The notes beneath the pieces are model-generated. The model had not been told where the DNA came from. It saw nothing but the letters and a program-made list of their open reading frames with translations, and made no database searches. A stretch of 64,000 bases of DNA from Macrostomum lignano (lineage: Eukaryota). The translations under genes were made by a program, and so were the position numbers. Shown here piece after piece: positions 12,086 through 24,169 of the stretch (position 1 is its first letter; every line of letters begins with the position of its first letter). Where the stretch lies: positions 62,001 to 126,000 of the forward strand of contig NIVC01001098.1 of the NCBI GenBank assembly GCA_002269645.1, read 5' to 3'.

Positions 12086-12423
12086 CAGGGGCGTAACCAG
12101 AGGGGGGCAAGGGGGGCCGTGGCCCCCCCATAATCACCAACTCTGGCCTTGGCGCCCCCCCCCTAAAAGAAACTGGCGCCCCCCTTAAAGAAACTGGCGC
12201 CCCCCCTCCTAAAAGAAACTGGCGCCCCCTATAAGAAACTGGCGCCCGCCCTAAAATAAACTGGCGCCCCCCTAAAAGAAACTGGCGCCCCCCTAAAAGA
12301 AACTGGCGCCCCCCTAAAAGAAACTGGCGCCCCCCCTACAAGAAACTGGCGCCCCCCCCCTATAAGAAGCTGGCGCCCCCTAACTCAAGGCCCCCCCAAA
12401 CAAAATTCCTGGCTACGCCCCTG
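12086..12423. mobile_element. hAT-type MITE (338 bp) inserted in H5
   Basis: TIRs CAGGGGCGTAACCAG / CTGGCTACGCCCCTG (14/15 match), 8-bp TSD CAGCATTA (12078-85 and 12424-31), internal ~21-bp repeat CCCCCCTAAAAGAAACTGGCG. The empty site is present in H4 at ~26925. Confidence 0.9.
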
Positions 12424-13269
12424 CAGCATTATAGCGATTCCTTGCAAGCCTCAACATCGTAGGGATTCCCAAATGAATCTCTTAACTTCGACATGAAGCT
12501 TCTTTTATTTTTTACATTACGCTTTTTTATCAGCGATCCCTCCCCTGAGGAGGCATCAAATAATGTAATAAAAAGTTTTCAATAAACTACATGTAGCTTC
12601 TGACTTTAGCCTTGATATCTCATTTATACCCCCGTGAGCCTTGACATCTCAGCTATTCCCCCCGTAAGCCTTAACATGTCAGCGATGGCCCCCATAAACC
12701 TTGAAATCTAAAAAATCCCCTGTTAACCTTGAAACCCGATAAAATATAACCCTCAACCCACACCTGACCTAAACCTAACTTTAACCCAGCCTAAAGCCTT
12801 GAAATCTCAGCAATTCTTCTCCCCTAAGCCTTGACATTTTAGTGATTCTTTCTTTAAGAATCACAGCACTATAACGATTTCCACCAAGCTTTGACATCGT
12901 AGCAATTCCCAAATGAATCTTTTAACTTCGACATGACTTTTCTTTATGTATACATAGTGCTAATTTTATTTTTTACATGACTTTTCTTCTATCAGCGCCC
13001 CCCCGTGACGAGCCAACAAAGAATGCAATAAAAAAATGGAGTAAAGTACATGAACTTTGAAGTAGCTTCTGACTTTTGCTTTGACATCTCAGAAACCCCC
13101 CCCCGTAATCTCAGTTATTCTCTGTGAGCCTTGACGTCTCAGTTTTTCTCCCCAGCACAGCATTATAGTTGCATTTAATTTTTACATGAACCCTTTATGT
13201 CTGACATGACGTTTCTTTTATTCTACCGTGACGCTTCTTAATTTTTTAAATGACACTTTCATTAGTTTT

Positions 13270-14767
13270 AAATGAGGCTTCTATGATTTTTTCTTGACGC
13301 TTCTATGATTTTTACATGACGCTTCTATGCTTGTTTACATGACGCTTCTATGATTGTTTACATGACGCTTCTATGATTGTTTACATGACGCTTCTACGAT
13401 TTTTTACATGACGCTTCTATGAGTTTTATATGACGCTTCTATGATTGTTTTCTTGACGCTTCTATGATTTTTACATGACGCTTCTATGATTGTTTACATG
13501 ACGCTTCTACGATTTTTTACATGACGCTTCTATGATTGTTTACATGACGCTTCTATGATTGTTTACATGACGCTTCAATGATTTTTACATGACGCTTCTA
13601 TGATTGTTTTCTTGACGCTTCTATGATTTTTACATGACGCTTCTATGATTGTTTACATGACGCTTCCATGATTGTTTACATGACGCTTCTATGATTGTTT
13701 ACATGACGCTTCTATGATTGTTTACATGACGCTTCTATGATTGTTTACATGACGCTTCTATGATTGTTTACATGACGCTTCTATGATTGTTTACATGACG
13801 CTTCTATGATTGTTTACATGACGCTTTTATGATTGTTTACATGACGCTTCTATGATTTTTACATGACGCTTCTATGATTGTTTAAATGACGCTTCTATGA
13901 TTGTTTACATGACGCTTCCATGATTTTTTAAATGATGCTTCTATGATTTTTAACATAACGCTTCTATGATTTTTTACATGGCATTTCTATGATTTTTAAC
14001 ATAACGCTTCTATGATTTTTTACATGGCATTTCTATGATTTTTTACATGACGCTTCTATGATTGTTTACATGACGCTTCTATGATTGTTTACATGACGCT
14101 TCTATGATTTTTTAAATGACGCTTCTATGATTTTTTAAATGACGCTTCTATGATTGTTTACATGACGCTTCTATGATTGTTTACATGACGCTTCTATGAT
14201 TGTTTACATGACGCTTCTATGATTTTTTACATGACGCTTCTACGATTTTTTACATGACGCTTCTATGATTGTTTACATGACGCTTCTACGATTTTTATAT
14301 GACGCTTCTATGATTGTTTACATGACGCTTCTATGATTGTTTACATGACGCTTCTATGCTTTTTACATGACGCTTCTATGATTGTTTACATGACGCTTCT
14401 ATGATTGTTTACATGACGCTTCTATGATTGTTTACATGACGCTTCTATGATTTTTTAAATGATGCTTCTATGATTTTTAACATGACGCTTCTATGATTTT
14501 TTAAATGACGCTTCTATGATTTTTTAAATGACGCTTCTATGATTTTTTAAATGACGCTTCTATGATTGTTTACATGACGCTTCTATGATTTTTTAAATGA
14601 TGCTTCTATGATTTTTTAAATGACGCTTCTATGATTTTTTAAATGACGCTTCTATGATTTTTTAAATGACGCTTCTATGATTGTTTACATGACGCTTCTA
14701 TGATTTTTTAAATGATGCTTCTATGATTTTGTAAATGACGCTTCTATGATTTTTACATGACGCTTCT
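13270..14767. repeat. 22-23-bp minisatellite (CATGACGCTTCTATGATTGTTTA) in H5
   Basis: About 65 tandem copies; reverse complement of the H4 array. Confidence 0.97.
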
Positions 14768-15540
14768 TTTTAAAAAGTCTTTTAGTTTTCCTGACGTTGA
14801 AAAGCTTTAATTAAAAAAATTATACTCTATGAAAATTCAAACCATCGTCACTGCATTTAGCAGTTCAATTTGTTCACCTTTAGGCTAGCTCTCATCGTTT
14901 TGATAACATCAACTTTTGCACTTATATAACTCAACACTTTTAAATCCAAGCATAGAGTAAATCACACGAAGCAGTTATGACATAATCAGTTTCTCAGTCA
15001 GTCAGTATCAGTTAACAATATGGTTACGCAATTTAAATCAAGTCTGGTGCTACGCTTCCACACTGCATTTTCAATTCAAGTCGGAGTTACAATTCAGTTA
15101 TGATGCAATCTATTTCAGAGTCAGAATTCAACCAGTCATTTTTTTCTCTAGCATTCTTACAATGCATTTTTCAAGTCAAAAAGTTTGCTTGACCTTTGCA
15201 AAAAAGCATGTTTTTCGAATATTTAATGCCTTTAGCATCGAGCAATTTCTTAGCCACGATGCATGTACCGTCACGGGAAAATTTCTGATCGAACAGTGCA
15301 AGTTCGAACAAAATCAGTCCAGCCATTTTTTCTCTAATCGATCACATAGATAGATAGATAGATAGATAGACACAGACAGACCATTTTTAGTATATAGGAC
15401 TAGCAATCTTCGCCCCCCGATGGGGGACATCTGGATAGAATCTCTGTTTTCTACAAGTAACAAAAAGACAGCCAAAAATCCTTCAAAAAGACAACAGACA
15501 AACTGCTCAAATGAAGTGCATTGCAAAAAGAAATCATCCC

Positions 15541-15943
15541 AAGACTGCAAGCATCCACCAGATAGCAAGCATCCCCAAGATGGCAAGCATCCCCCAGATA
15601 GCAAGCATCCCCCAGATAGCAAGCATCCACCAGATAGCAAGCATCCCCCAGATAGCAAGCATCCCCCAGATAGCAAGCATCCCCCAGACAGCAAGCATCA
15701 CCCCAGATTGCAAGCATCCCCAAGATAGCAAGCATCCCCCAGATTGCAAGCATCCCCCAGATAGCAAGCATCCCCCAAGATAGCAAGCATCCCCCAGATA
15801 GCAAGCATCCCCCAGATAGCAAGCATCCCCCAGATAGCAAGCATCCCCCAGATTGCAAGCATCCCCAAGATAGCAAGCATCCCCCAGATAGCAAGCATCC
15901 CCGAGATAGATAGCATCCCCAAATAGCAAGCATCCACCAGACA
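15541..15943. repeat. 18-19-bp minisatellite (GCAAGCATCCCCCAGATA) in H6
   Basis: About 22 copies; explains the KHPPDS / GGCLLS ORFs. Confidence 0.95.
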
Positions 15944-16029
15944 ATAAGTAGCTAGTGCGACAATTTCCTTAGCATTATAGCGGCTCCTTTAAAATTCGCT
16001 TACTTTTACGTTTGAAATTGTGTATCTTT

Positions 16030-19000
16030 TATGTTTGATACGGTGGCTTTTCAATGTCTGACATAGTGGCTCTTCTATGTTTGACATGGGGCTCTTCTAT
16101 GTTTGACATGGGGGCTCTTCTATGTTTGACATGGGGGCTCTATTATGTTTGACATGGTGGCTCTTTAATGTTCGAAATGGTGGCTCTTTAATGTTCAAAA
16201 AGGTGGCTCTTTTATGTTTGACATGGTGGCTCTTTAATGTTTGACATGGTGGCTCTTTTATGTTCGACATGGTGTCTCTTCAATGTTTGACATGGAGTCA
16301 TGTATATGTTTGACATGGTGGCTCTTGTATTTTTAACATGTTGGCTCTTTAATGTTCGACATGGTGGCTCTTTAATGTCTAACATGGAGTCACGTATATG
16401 TTTGACATGGAGTCATGTATATGTCTGATATGGTAGCTCTTTAATGTTTTACATGGAGTCACGTATATGTTTGACATGGTGGTTCTTAAATGTTCGACAT
16501 GGTGGCTCTTTAATGTGTTACATGGTGGCACTTTCATGTTTGACCTGGTGGCTCTTTAATGTTTGACATAGTGTCTCTTTAATGTTTGACATGGAGTCAT
16601 GTATATGTTTGACATGGTAGCTCTTGAATGTTAGACATGGTGGCACTTTCATGTTTGACCTGGTGGCTCTTTAATGTTTGACATGGTGGCTCCTTAATAT
16701 TTGACATGGTGGCCCTTTAATATTTGACATGGTGGCCCTTTAATGTTCGACATGGTGGCTCTTCAATGTTCGACATGGTGGCTCTTTTAGGTTTGAAATG
16801 GTGGCTCTTTAATGTTTGACATGGTGGCTTTTTAATGTTCGACATGGTGGCTCTTTTATGTTCGACATGGCGTCATGTATATGTTTGACATGGTAGCTCT
16901 TGAATGTTCAACATGGAGTCATGTATATGTTGGACATGGTGGCTCTTTAATGTTTGACATGGGGGCTCTTCTATGTTTGACATGGGGGCTCTTCTATGTT
17001 TGACATGGGGCTCTATTATGTTTGACATGGTGGCTCTTTAATGTTCGAAATGGTGGCTCTTTAATGTTCAAAAAGGTGGCTCTTTTATGTTTGACATGGT
17101 GGCTCTTTAATGTTTGACATGGTGGCTCTTTAATGTTTCACATGGTGGCTATTCAATGTTAGACAAAGTAGCTCTTTAATGTTTGACATGATGGCTCTTT
17201 AATGATAGACATGGTGGCTCTTTAATTTTTGACATGGTGACTCTTTAATGTTGGACATGGTGGCTCTTTAATGTTAGAAATGGTGGCTCTTTAATGTTCG
17301 ACATAAAGTCACTTATATGTTTGACATGATGGCTCTTTTATGTTTAACATGGTGGCTCTTTAATGTTTGACATGGTAGCTCTTTTATGTTCGACATGGTG
17401 GCTCTTTAATGTTCGACATGGTGGCTCTTTTATGTTCGACATGGTGTCGCTTCAATGTTTGACATGGAGTTACGTATATGTTTTACATGGTGGCTCTTTT
17501 ATGTTCGACGTGGTGGCTCTTTAATGTTTGACATGGGGTCTCTTCAATATTTGACATGGAGTTACGTATATGTTTTACATGGTGGCTCTTTAATGTTTTA
17601 CATGGTGGCACTTTCATGTTTGACCTGGTGGCTCTTAAATGTTTGACATGGTGGCTCTTTAATGTTTGACATGGTGTCTCTTTAACGTTTGACATGGAGT
17701 CATGTATATGTTTGACATGGTGGCTCTTGATTGTTCGACATAGAGTCATGTATATGTTTGCCATGGTGGCTCTTTAATGTTAGACATGGTGGCTCTTTTA
17801 TGTTTTGCATGGTGGCTCTTTTATGTTCGACATGGTGTCTCTTCAATGTTTGACATGGAGTCATGTATATGTTTGACATGGTGGCTCTTGTATTTTTAAT
17901 ACGTTGGATCTTTAATGTTCGACATGGTGGCTCTTTAATGTCTAACATGGAGTCACGTATATGTTTGACATGGAGTCATGTATATGTCTGATATGGTAGC
18001 TCTTTAATGTTTTACATGGAGTCACCTATATGTTTCACATGGTGGCTATTTTATGTTTGACATGGTGGTTCTTAAATGTTCGACATGGTGGCTCTTTAAT
18101 GTGTTACATGGTGGCACTTTCATGTTTGACCTGGTTGCTCTTTAATGTTTGACATGGTGGCTCTTTAATATTTGACATGGTGGCCCTTTTATGTTCGACA
18201 TGGTGGCTCTTTAATGTTTGACATGAAGTCATGTATATGTTTGACCTGGTGGCTCTTTAATGTTTTATATGGTGGCACTTTCATGTTTGACCTGGTGGCT
18301 CTTTAATGTTTGACATGGTGGCTTTTTAATATTTGACATGGTGGCACTTTCATGTTTGACCTGGTGGGTCATTAATGTTTGACATGGTACCTCTTTTATG
18401 TTCGACATGGTGGCTCTTTAATGTTTTACATGGTGGCTCTTTACTGTTTGACATGGTGACTCTTTTATGTTCTACATTGTGGCTCTTTTATGTTCGACAT
18501 GGTGGCTCTTTAATGTTTGATAAGGTGGCTCTTTAATGTTTGACATTGTGGCTCTTTAATATTTGACAAGGTGGCTCTTTAATGTTTAAAATGGTGGCTC
18601 TTTAATTTTCGAAATGGTGGCTGTTTTATGTTTGACATGGTGGCTCTTTAATGTTCTTAATGGTGTCTCTTTAATGTTTGCCATTGTGGCTCTTTAATGT
18701 TTGACATGGTGGCTTTTTAATGTTCGACATGGTGGCTCTTTTAGGTTTGAAATGGTGGCTCTTTAATGTTTGACATTGTGGCTCTTTAATGTTCGACATG
18801 GTGGCTCTTTAATGTTTGACATGGTAATTCTTTTATGTTTGATATGGTGGCTCTTTTATGTTCGACATGGTGGCTCTTTAATGTTCGACATGGTGGCTCT
18901 TTTAGGTTTGAAATGGTGGCTCTTTAATGTTTGACATGGCGGCTCTTTAATGTTTGAAATGGTGGCTCTTTAATGTTTGATATGGTGGCTCTTTTATGTT

Positions 19001-19117
19001 CGACATGGTGGCTCTTTAATGTTCGACATGGTGGCTCTTTTAGGTTTGAAATGGTGGCTCTTTAATGTTTGACATGGTGGCTCTTTTAGGTTTGAAATGG
19101 TGGCTCTTTAATGTTTA
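16030..19117. repeat. 23-bp satellite (GACATGGTGGCTCTTTAATGTTT, variant GACATGGAGTCATGTATATGTTT) in H6
   Basis: About 3.1 kb, ~130 copies, two interspersed monomer variants. Confidence 0.97.
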
Positions 19118-20205
19118 GAATTTTGTGTTTTTTAAGGTGTTTTAATAAAAAAAACATTTTTCACTACTAAGATTCGAACCAAGGTCGCTACATTAGCATT
19201 CCAGTCTGTTTGCATCCGGCTATCTCTTTTCAATTGGAGAACATGACTTGTGGCCCTTATAATTCAATACTTATAGCAAGTCGGTTAGAGTAAAAAGTTA
19301 TGACATAATCAATTTCTCAGTCAGCCAGTATCAGTCTGAATTTAAGTTAGCAATATGGTTACGCAATTTAAATGAAGTCTTGTGTGCATTTCTTCGGCAC
19401 TGTTTTCAACTGGTTGTGATGCAATCTTTATCACAATCGGAATTCAGCCAGTCAGTTTTTTCTCTAGCATTCTTACAATGCATTTCAAGTCAAAAATTTT
19501 GCTTGACCTTTGCAAAAAAGCATGTTTTTCGAATATTTAATCCCTTTAACATTGAGCAATTTCTTAGCCAAGATGCATGTACCGTCCCAGGAACATTTCT
19601 GATCGAATGGTGCAAGTTTAAAGAAAATCGGTTGAGCCATTTTTTCTGAAATCTATCGCATAGCTAGTTAGTTACAGACATTTCATTTTTAGTATATAGG
19701 ACTAGCCATTTAGCCCCCCGCTGGGGAGCCTTGAAAATGACACCAATTGGTTTTTATTTTGGCACAAGAGCAACCTTACTATAATAATTTTTCAAAATGT
19801 TGATTTCCATTAATCAAAAGTTACCTTTTCTCGTTTTGGCAAAAATAAATTGCCATGAATCCGAACTTTCATCAGCCCAAAACCCTTTCTCAATCAGCAA
19901 ATAGTGCTTTTCCTTTCAAGCACAAACTCTGTGAATATCGTCACTGGCTGGGGCATATTCTGATTCGCAGCAGGAGCTCAATATGCAAATCTCTGACGGC
20001 ATTCGACCCTCTCTCTTTATTAGCCTAAATCAAAGAATCAAACCTTTAATAAATGCGCTGCTGGTATTTCCTATTAGCAGAAATCAGCATCACTTGTGTG
20101 TACTACTTCATTATCTGAACTACATGAGCTACTTTAGCCGTACTACCTGACTATCTGACAATCGCCCAACAACCTAACACACCCAAACAATTCAGCCATC
20201 GTCCA

Positions 20206-20640
20206 TGAGCCTTGACATCTCAGCAATTCCCCCAGTAAGCCTTGACACCTCAGCATTCCCCAAGTAAGCATTGAGATCTCAGAAGTTCCCCCAGTAAGCC
20301 TTGAGATCTCCGAAGTTCCCCCAGTAAGCCTTGAGATTTCAGTAATCCCCCAGTAAGCCTTAACATCTTAGCATTCCCCCAGTAAGCTCAGCCTTACATC
20401 TCAGCAATTCCCCCAGCAAGCCTTGACATCTCAGTAATTCTCCCAGTAAGCCTTGACATCTCAGTAATTCTCCCAGTAAGCCTTGACATCACAGCATTCC
20501 CCCAGTAAGCCTTAACATCCCAGCATTCCCCCAGTAAGCCTTGATCTCAGCAATAACCATAGTAAGCCTTCACATCTTTGCAATGCTCCCAATAAGCTAT
20601 GAAATCTCAGCATTCTCCCAGCGCAGTAAGCTTTGACATC
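20206..20640. repeat. Degenerate ~30-bp repeat (AGTAAGCCTTGACATCTCAGCAATTCCCCC)
   Basis: About 14 copies; the same motif is scattered in the H4/H5 tails (e.g. 12630-12700). Confidence 0.85.
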
Positions 20641-21356
20641 CCAACAACCCAACTGCCCTCTCCCAAGAATTCAGCAGTCCTCTTATGAGCCTTGATAACT
20701 CAGCAATTTCTTTGTGAGCCTTGTCAACTCAGCAATTCCCCATGAGCTTTGATATCTTAGCAAGTCTTTAATTGATGGTTGACAGCGGTTAATCTTTGAT
20801 TGAACCGAAACTCACCTAAGCCCCTAACCCTAAACCATAAGTGAGTCTTGGCATGTTAGCAACTTCGACCATGAGCCTTGAGCCTCAGCATTACGCGCTC
20901 GTAAAGTAACTTCCTCATAAGCTTTGTAGTTAAGTAGTTTAAGTAGCTCAAGTAGCTTAAGTAGTTATCTCTACGAGCGTATAGGCCTTGACAGCAAAGC
21001 ATTTTTAATGAGCCTTGATACCCCAGCAATTTCACAAATGAACCTTGAAATCAAAGCAATTCTCCCCAGAATGACATAATTATAGCAATTCCCCTTGAGT
21101 CTTGAGATCTTATAAATTCTCCCATGAGTCTTGATATCACAGCAATTTCCTATACCAGCATTGTGCTCGTAGCAATAGTCTTAGCAGTCTTAACAGTCTT
21201 CATAATTCCCAATGAGATTTTTACATTCGACAGAGCGCTTCTTTTATGATTGACATGATGATTCTTGTTTGCTTTTTCTTGCGTTGCGTTTTATTCTCTT
21301 TAGAAGAAGTTTTATTAAAATATTACAATATTTCTCCATAGCTTTCTGCAGTTTAG

Positions 21357-21600
21357 CAACGGTTCACCAGCATTTCAGGAATGGTTCACCAGCATTTCAG
21401 GAATGGTTCACCAGCATTTCAGGAATGGTTTACCAGTATTTCAGGAATGGTTCACCAGCATTTCAGCAATGGTTCACCAGCATTTCAGGAATGGTTCACC
21501 AGTATTTCAGGAATGGTTCACCAGCATTTCAGCAATGGTTCACCAGCATTTCAGCAATGGTTCACCAGCATTTCAGCAATGGTTCACCAGCAGTTTAGCA
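21357..21600. repeat. 22-bp minisatellite (AATGGTTCACCAGCATTTCAGG)
   Basis: About 11 copies inside the first copy of a local duplication. Confidence 0.93.
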
Positions 21601-22509
21601 ATGACTCACCAACTTGAAGTTTGAAGTTAACCCCCCCCCCCACCCAGAAATCGGTAGTTATCTCCACAACAACCTGAAATTAGCTATCCCTTCTAATCCC
21701 GCAAACAGACTGCAGACATATTCTTAGCAGCCTGCAGTCTTCCAGTTTGCCTTCCAGTTGCGTTTTATTCTCTTTAAAAGAAGTTTTTATTAAAATATTA
21801 CAATATTTCACCATAGCTTTCTGCAGTTTAGCAACGGTTCACCGTTTACTGGTTTACCAGTATTTCAGGAATGGGTTCACCAGCAGTTTAGTAATAGCTC
21901 ACCAACTTGAAGTTTGAAGTTAACCCCCCCCCCAGAAATCGGCAGTTATCTCCACAACAACCTGAAATTAGCTATCCCTTCTAATCCCGCAAACAGACTG
22001 CAGTCATATTCTTAGCAGCCTGCAGTCTTCCAGCTTGCCGTCTACAACTTTCATTAGCATCAGCAAAACTACAATAATTAACTCAGCAATCCGCAGTTAT
22101 CCCCTCAACAACTTGCACTTAATTCTTCACAGTTATTATTCACTTAAAACTCTGTAGATAGTTATCTCCTTGGCAGTTTGCAGCTATACACTCATAAGTG
22201 TGAAGGAACTACCTCAGCAATTTTTTTCAATTTTTCCCTTTGCACTCTGCATGAATGATCCCTTCGACAATCTGCAGTTCCCCTCAGCATCTGCAGTTCT
22301 CCTCTCCAATATCTTCCAATAATCTAAAAATGTGCTCAGCATTTTACGGCTCACTAATCAATTTTCAATTTGATAAGTGGCTTGGGCCAAGTAGCAAAAA
22401 TTATTTGCTAAATAATAAATAATTTTGCAATTAAAATTAATAAAAAATATGTTATATTTAGTCGAGTCACAAGCTACAAATGAATGAATCTATTTATTTT
22501 AATTATTCA

Positions 22510-22588
22510 CCGGGGAGGCGGACTCGAACCTTGGACCTTACGCCTAGCCTAAACCTAGTCCTAGTGCCTACACTGCGGCTATTCCGCC
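22510..22588 (-). other. tRNA-like / SINE-head-like relic (not a foldable tRNA)
   Basis: Minus strand reads GGCGGAATAGCCGCAGTGTAGG ... GGTTCGAGTCCGCC: A-box-like and B-box motifs at tRNA-like spacing, but poor stems. Confidence 0.35.
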
Positions 22589-23455
22589 TACTGATGGAAG
22601 GGTGCAAAAATCAGACATATATGCTTCGGCACTGCAGTCAAATACATACCAGTGATAGCCTGCATGCTCAGTGTGCACAGTTTTGGTGCTGGCAGAGCCA
22701 TTGCACAGTTAAGTAAATCTCTCAATTTCAATACTTTTTAAATGCACTGGCTGATTTCTCTCTCCTTCCAGAGTGCCTGCGCAATCCTTTGCACACTGCC
22801 TCCTGCTGAAAAGCTCAGAGTCAGTTTATAGCGAGACTATGCAGTACGCAGTTGTGGCGCAATCATTTAGAATTGAAATTCAGCCAGTCAATAATTCAAC
22901 GTTGCTTGGCCTTCCATTAAAAAACATTTAGAAAAACTTGAAAAACTTCGAATATTTAATACCTTTAGCATTGAAGCAGATTAAAGAAAATTTAACTGTC
23001 TTCTTTCCAGATTACAAATCTTTTGGCGAAAACGCGATCAAATTTGGTCAAGAATTGCAGTCTGTAAAGCGTTTTACACGGACATAAATTAGAGATTTAG
23101 AATATGCCCAGTATTCAGAGCAATTTTTTTACCCCTGGTATGGTTGCGCAATTTAAATAGAGTAATTATCTGGGCAGTGGGGCCCAGTGAGTTTTCTTAT
23201 CAGTTGGCTCTGGCGCAATCATTAAAATTGGCTGCGAAGTTTCTCGCTGATAAAATTTTGCATTGAAAAAGGCCATTTAAAACAGTTTTTCGAATATTTA
23301 ATCCCTTTAGCATTGAAGCAGAGTAAAGAAATTTTAACTGTCTTCTTTCCAGACAATTTTAAATCTTTTGGCGAAAACACGATGAAAATCGGTGAAGAAT
23401 TGCAATCTGTAGAGCGTTATGGACATACAAATATTAGAGATTTAGTATATTTAGA

Positions 23456-23805
23456 CTAGCTATTTAGAGCTGGCTGCCAGCAGCCAGAATAATTTTTTTA
23501 TTGCCCCCCTTTAAGTGGAGCGGAGTGAGTTTTCTTATCAGTTGGCTCTGGCGCAATCAATTAAAATTGGCAGTGAAGTTTCTGGCTGATAAAATTTGCA
23601 TTGAAAAAGGCCATTTAAAACAGTTTTTCGAATATTTAATCCCTTTAGCATTGAAGCAGATTAAAGAAATTTTAACCGTCTTCTTTCCAGACAATTTTGA
23701 ATCTTTTGGCGAAAACGCGATCAAAATCGGTGAAGAATTGCAGTCTCTAGAGCGTTATGGACATTCATTCAAACATACAAACCTTAGAGATTTAGTATAT
23801 TTAGA
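23456..23805 (-). mobile_element. Mini-Helitron H8 (350 bp)
   Basis: A|TCTAAATATACT start; hairpin CTGGCTGC-TG-GCAGCCAG + CTAG end joined to the TC of H7. Confidence 0.8.
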
Positions 23806-23815
23806 TAGAAGAAGA

Positions 23816-24169
23816 CTAGCTAATTAGAGCTGGCTGCCAGCAGCCAGAATAATTTTTTTATTGCCCCCCTTTAAGTGGAGCGGAGTGAGTTTTCTTATCA
23901 GTTGGCTCTGGCGCAATCAATTAAAATTGGCAGTGAAGTTTCTGGCTGATAAAATTTGCATTGAAAAAGGCCATTTAAAACAGTTTTTCGAATATTTAAT
24001 CCCTTTAGCATTGAAGCAGATTAAAGAAATTTTAACCGTCTTCTTTCCAGACAATTTTGAATCTTTTGGCGAAAACACGATCAAAATCGGTGAAGAATTG
24101 CAATCTCTAGAGCGTTATGGACAAGCAAGCATTCAAACATACAAAGCTTAGAGATTTAGTATATTTAGA
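23816..24169 (-). mobile_element. Mini-Helitron H9 (354 bp), near-identical to H8
   Basis: A|TC start at 24169, same hairpin + CTAG end; 10-bp spacer (TCTTCTTCTA) to H8. Confidence 0.8.

Larger units (their letters stand above)
11762..15399 (-). mobile_element. Helitron-like element H5, an inverted copy of the H4 family
   Basis: 5' TCCTATATACT at 15399; 3' hairpin + CTAG|T at 11762. Tail 11762-13270 is the reverse complement of 26065-27259 apart from a MITE insertion. Carries the same 23-bp satellite. Confidence 0.85.
15400..19701 (-). mobile_element. Helitron-like element H6
   Basis: 5' TCCTATATACT at 19701, conserved head 19120-19701, 3' hairpin CCCCC-ATC-GGGGG + CTAG joined directly to the TC of H5. 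Confidence 0.83.
19702..23455 (-). mobile_element. Composite Helitron-like element H7
   Basis: 5' TCTAAATATACTAAATC at 23455 (H8/H9-type head). 3' hairpin CCCC-AGC-GGGG + CTAG joined to the TC of H6. Heterogeneous interior with several repeats. Confidence 0.68.

Noticed and set aside
15314-15944. KHPPDS / GGCLLS repeat proteins
   Set aside because: These are six-frame artefacts of an 18-bp minisatellite.
2408-24151. Recurrent short ORFs (e.g. SVFSLAFLQCISS..., MPPFKWSGVSFL...) as a small gene family or RepHel fragments
   Set aside because: They are translations of the non-coding Helitron heads; no Rep (HUH) or PIF1 helicase motifs were seen.
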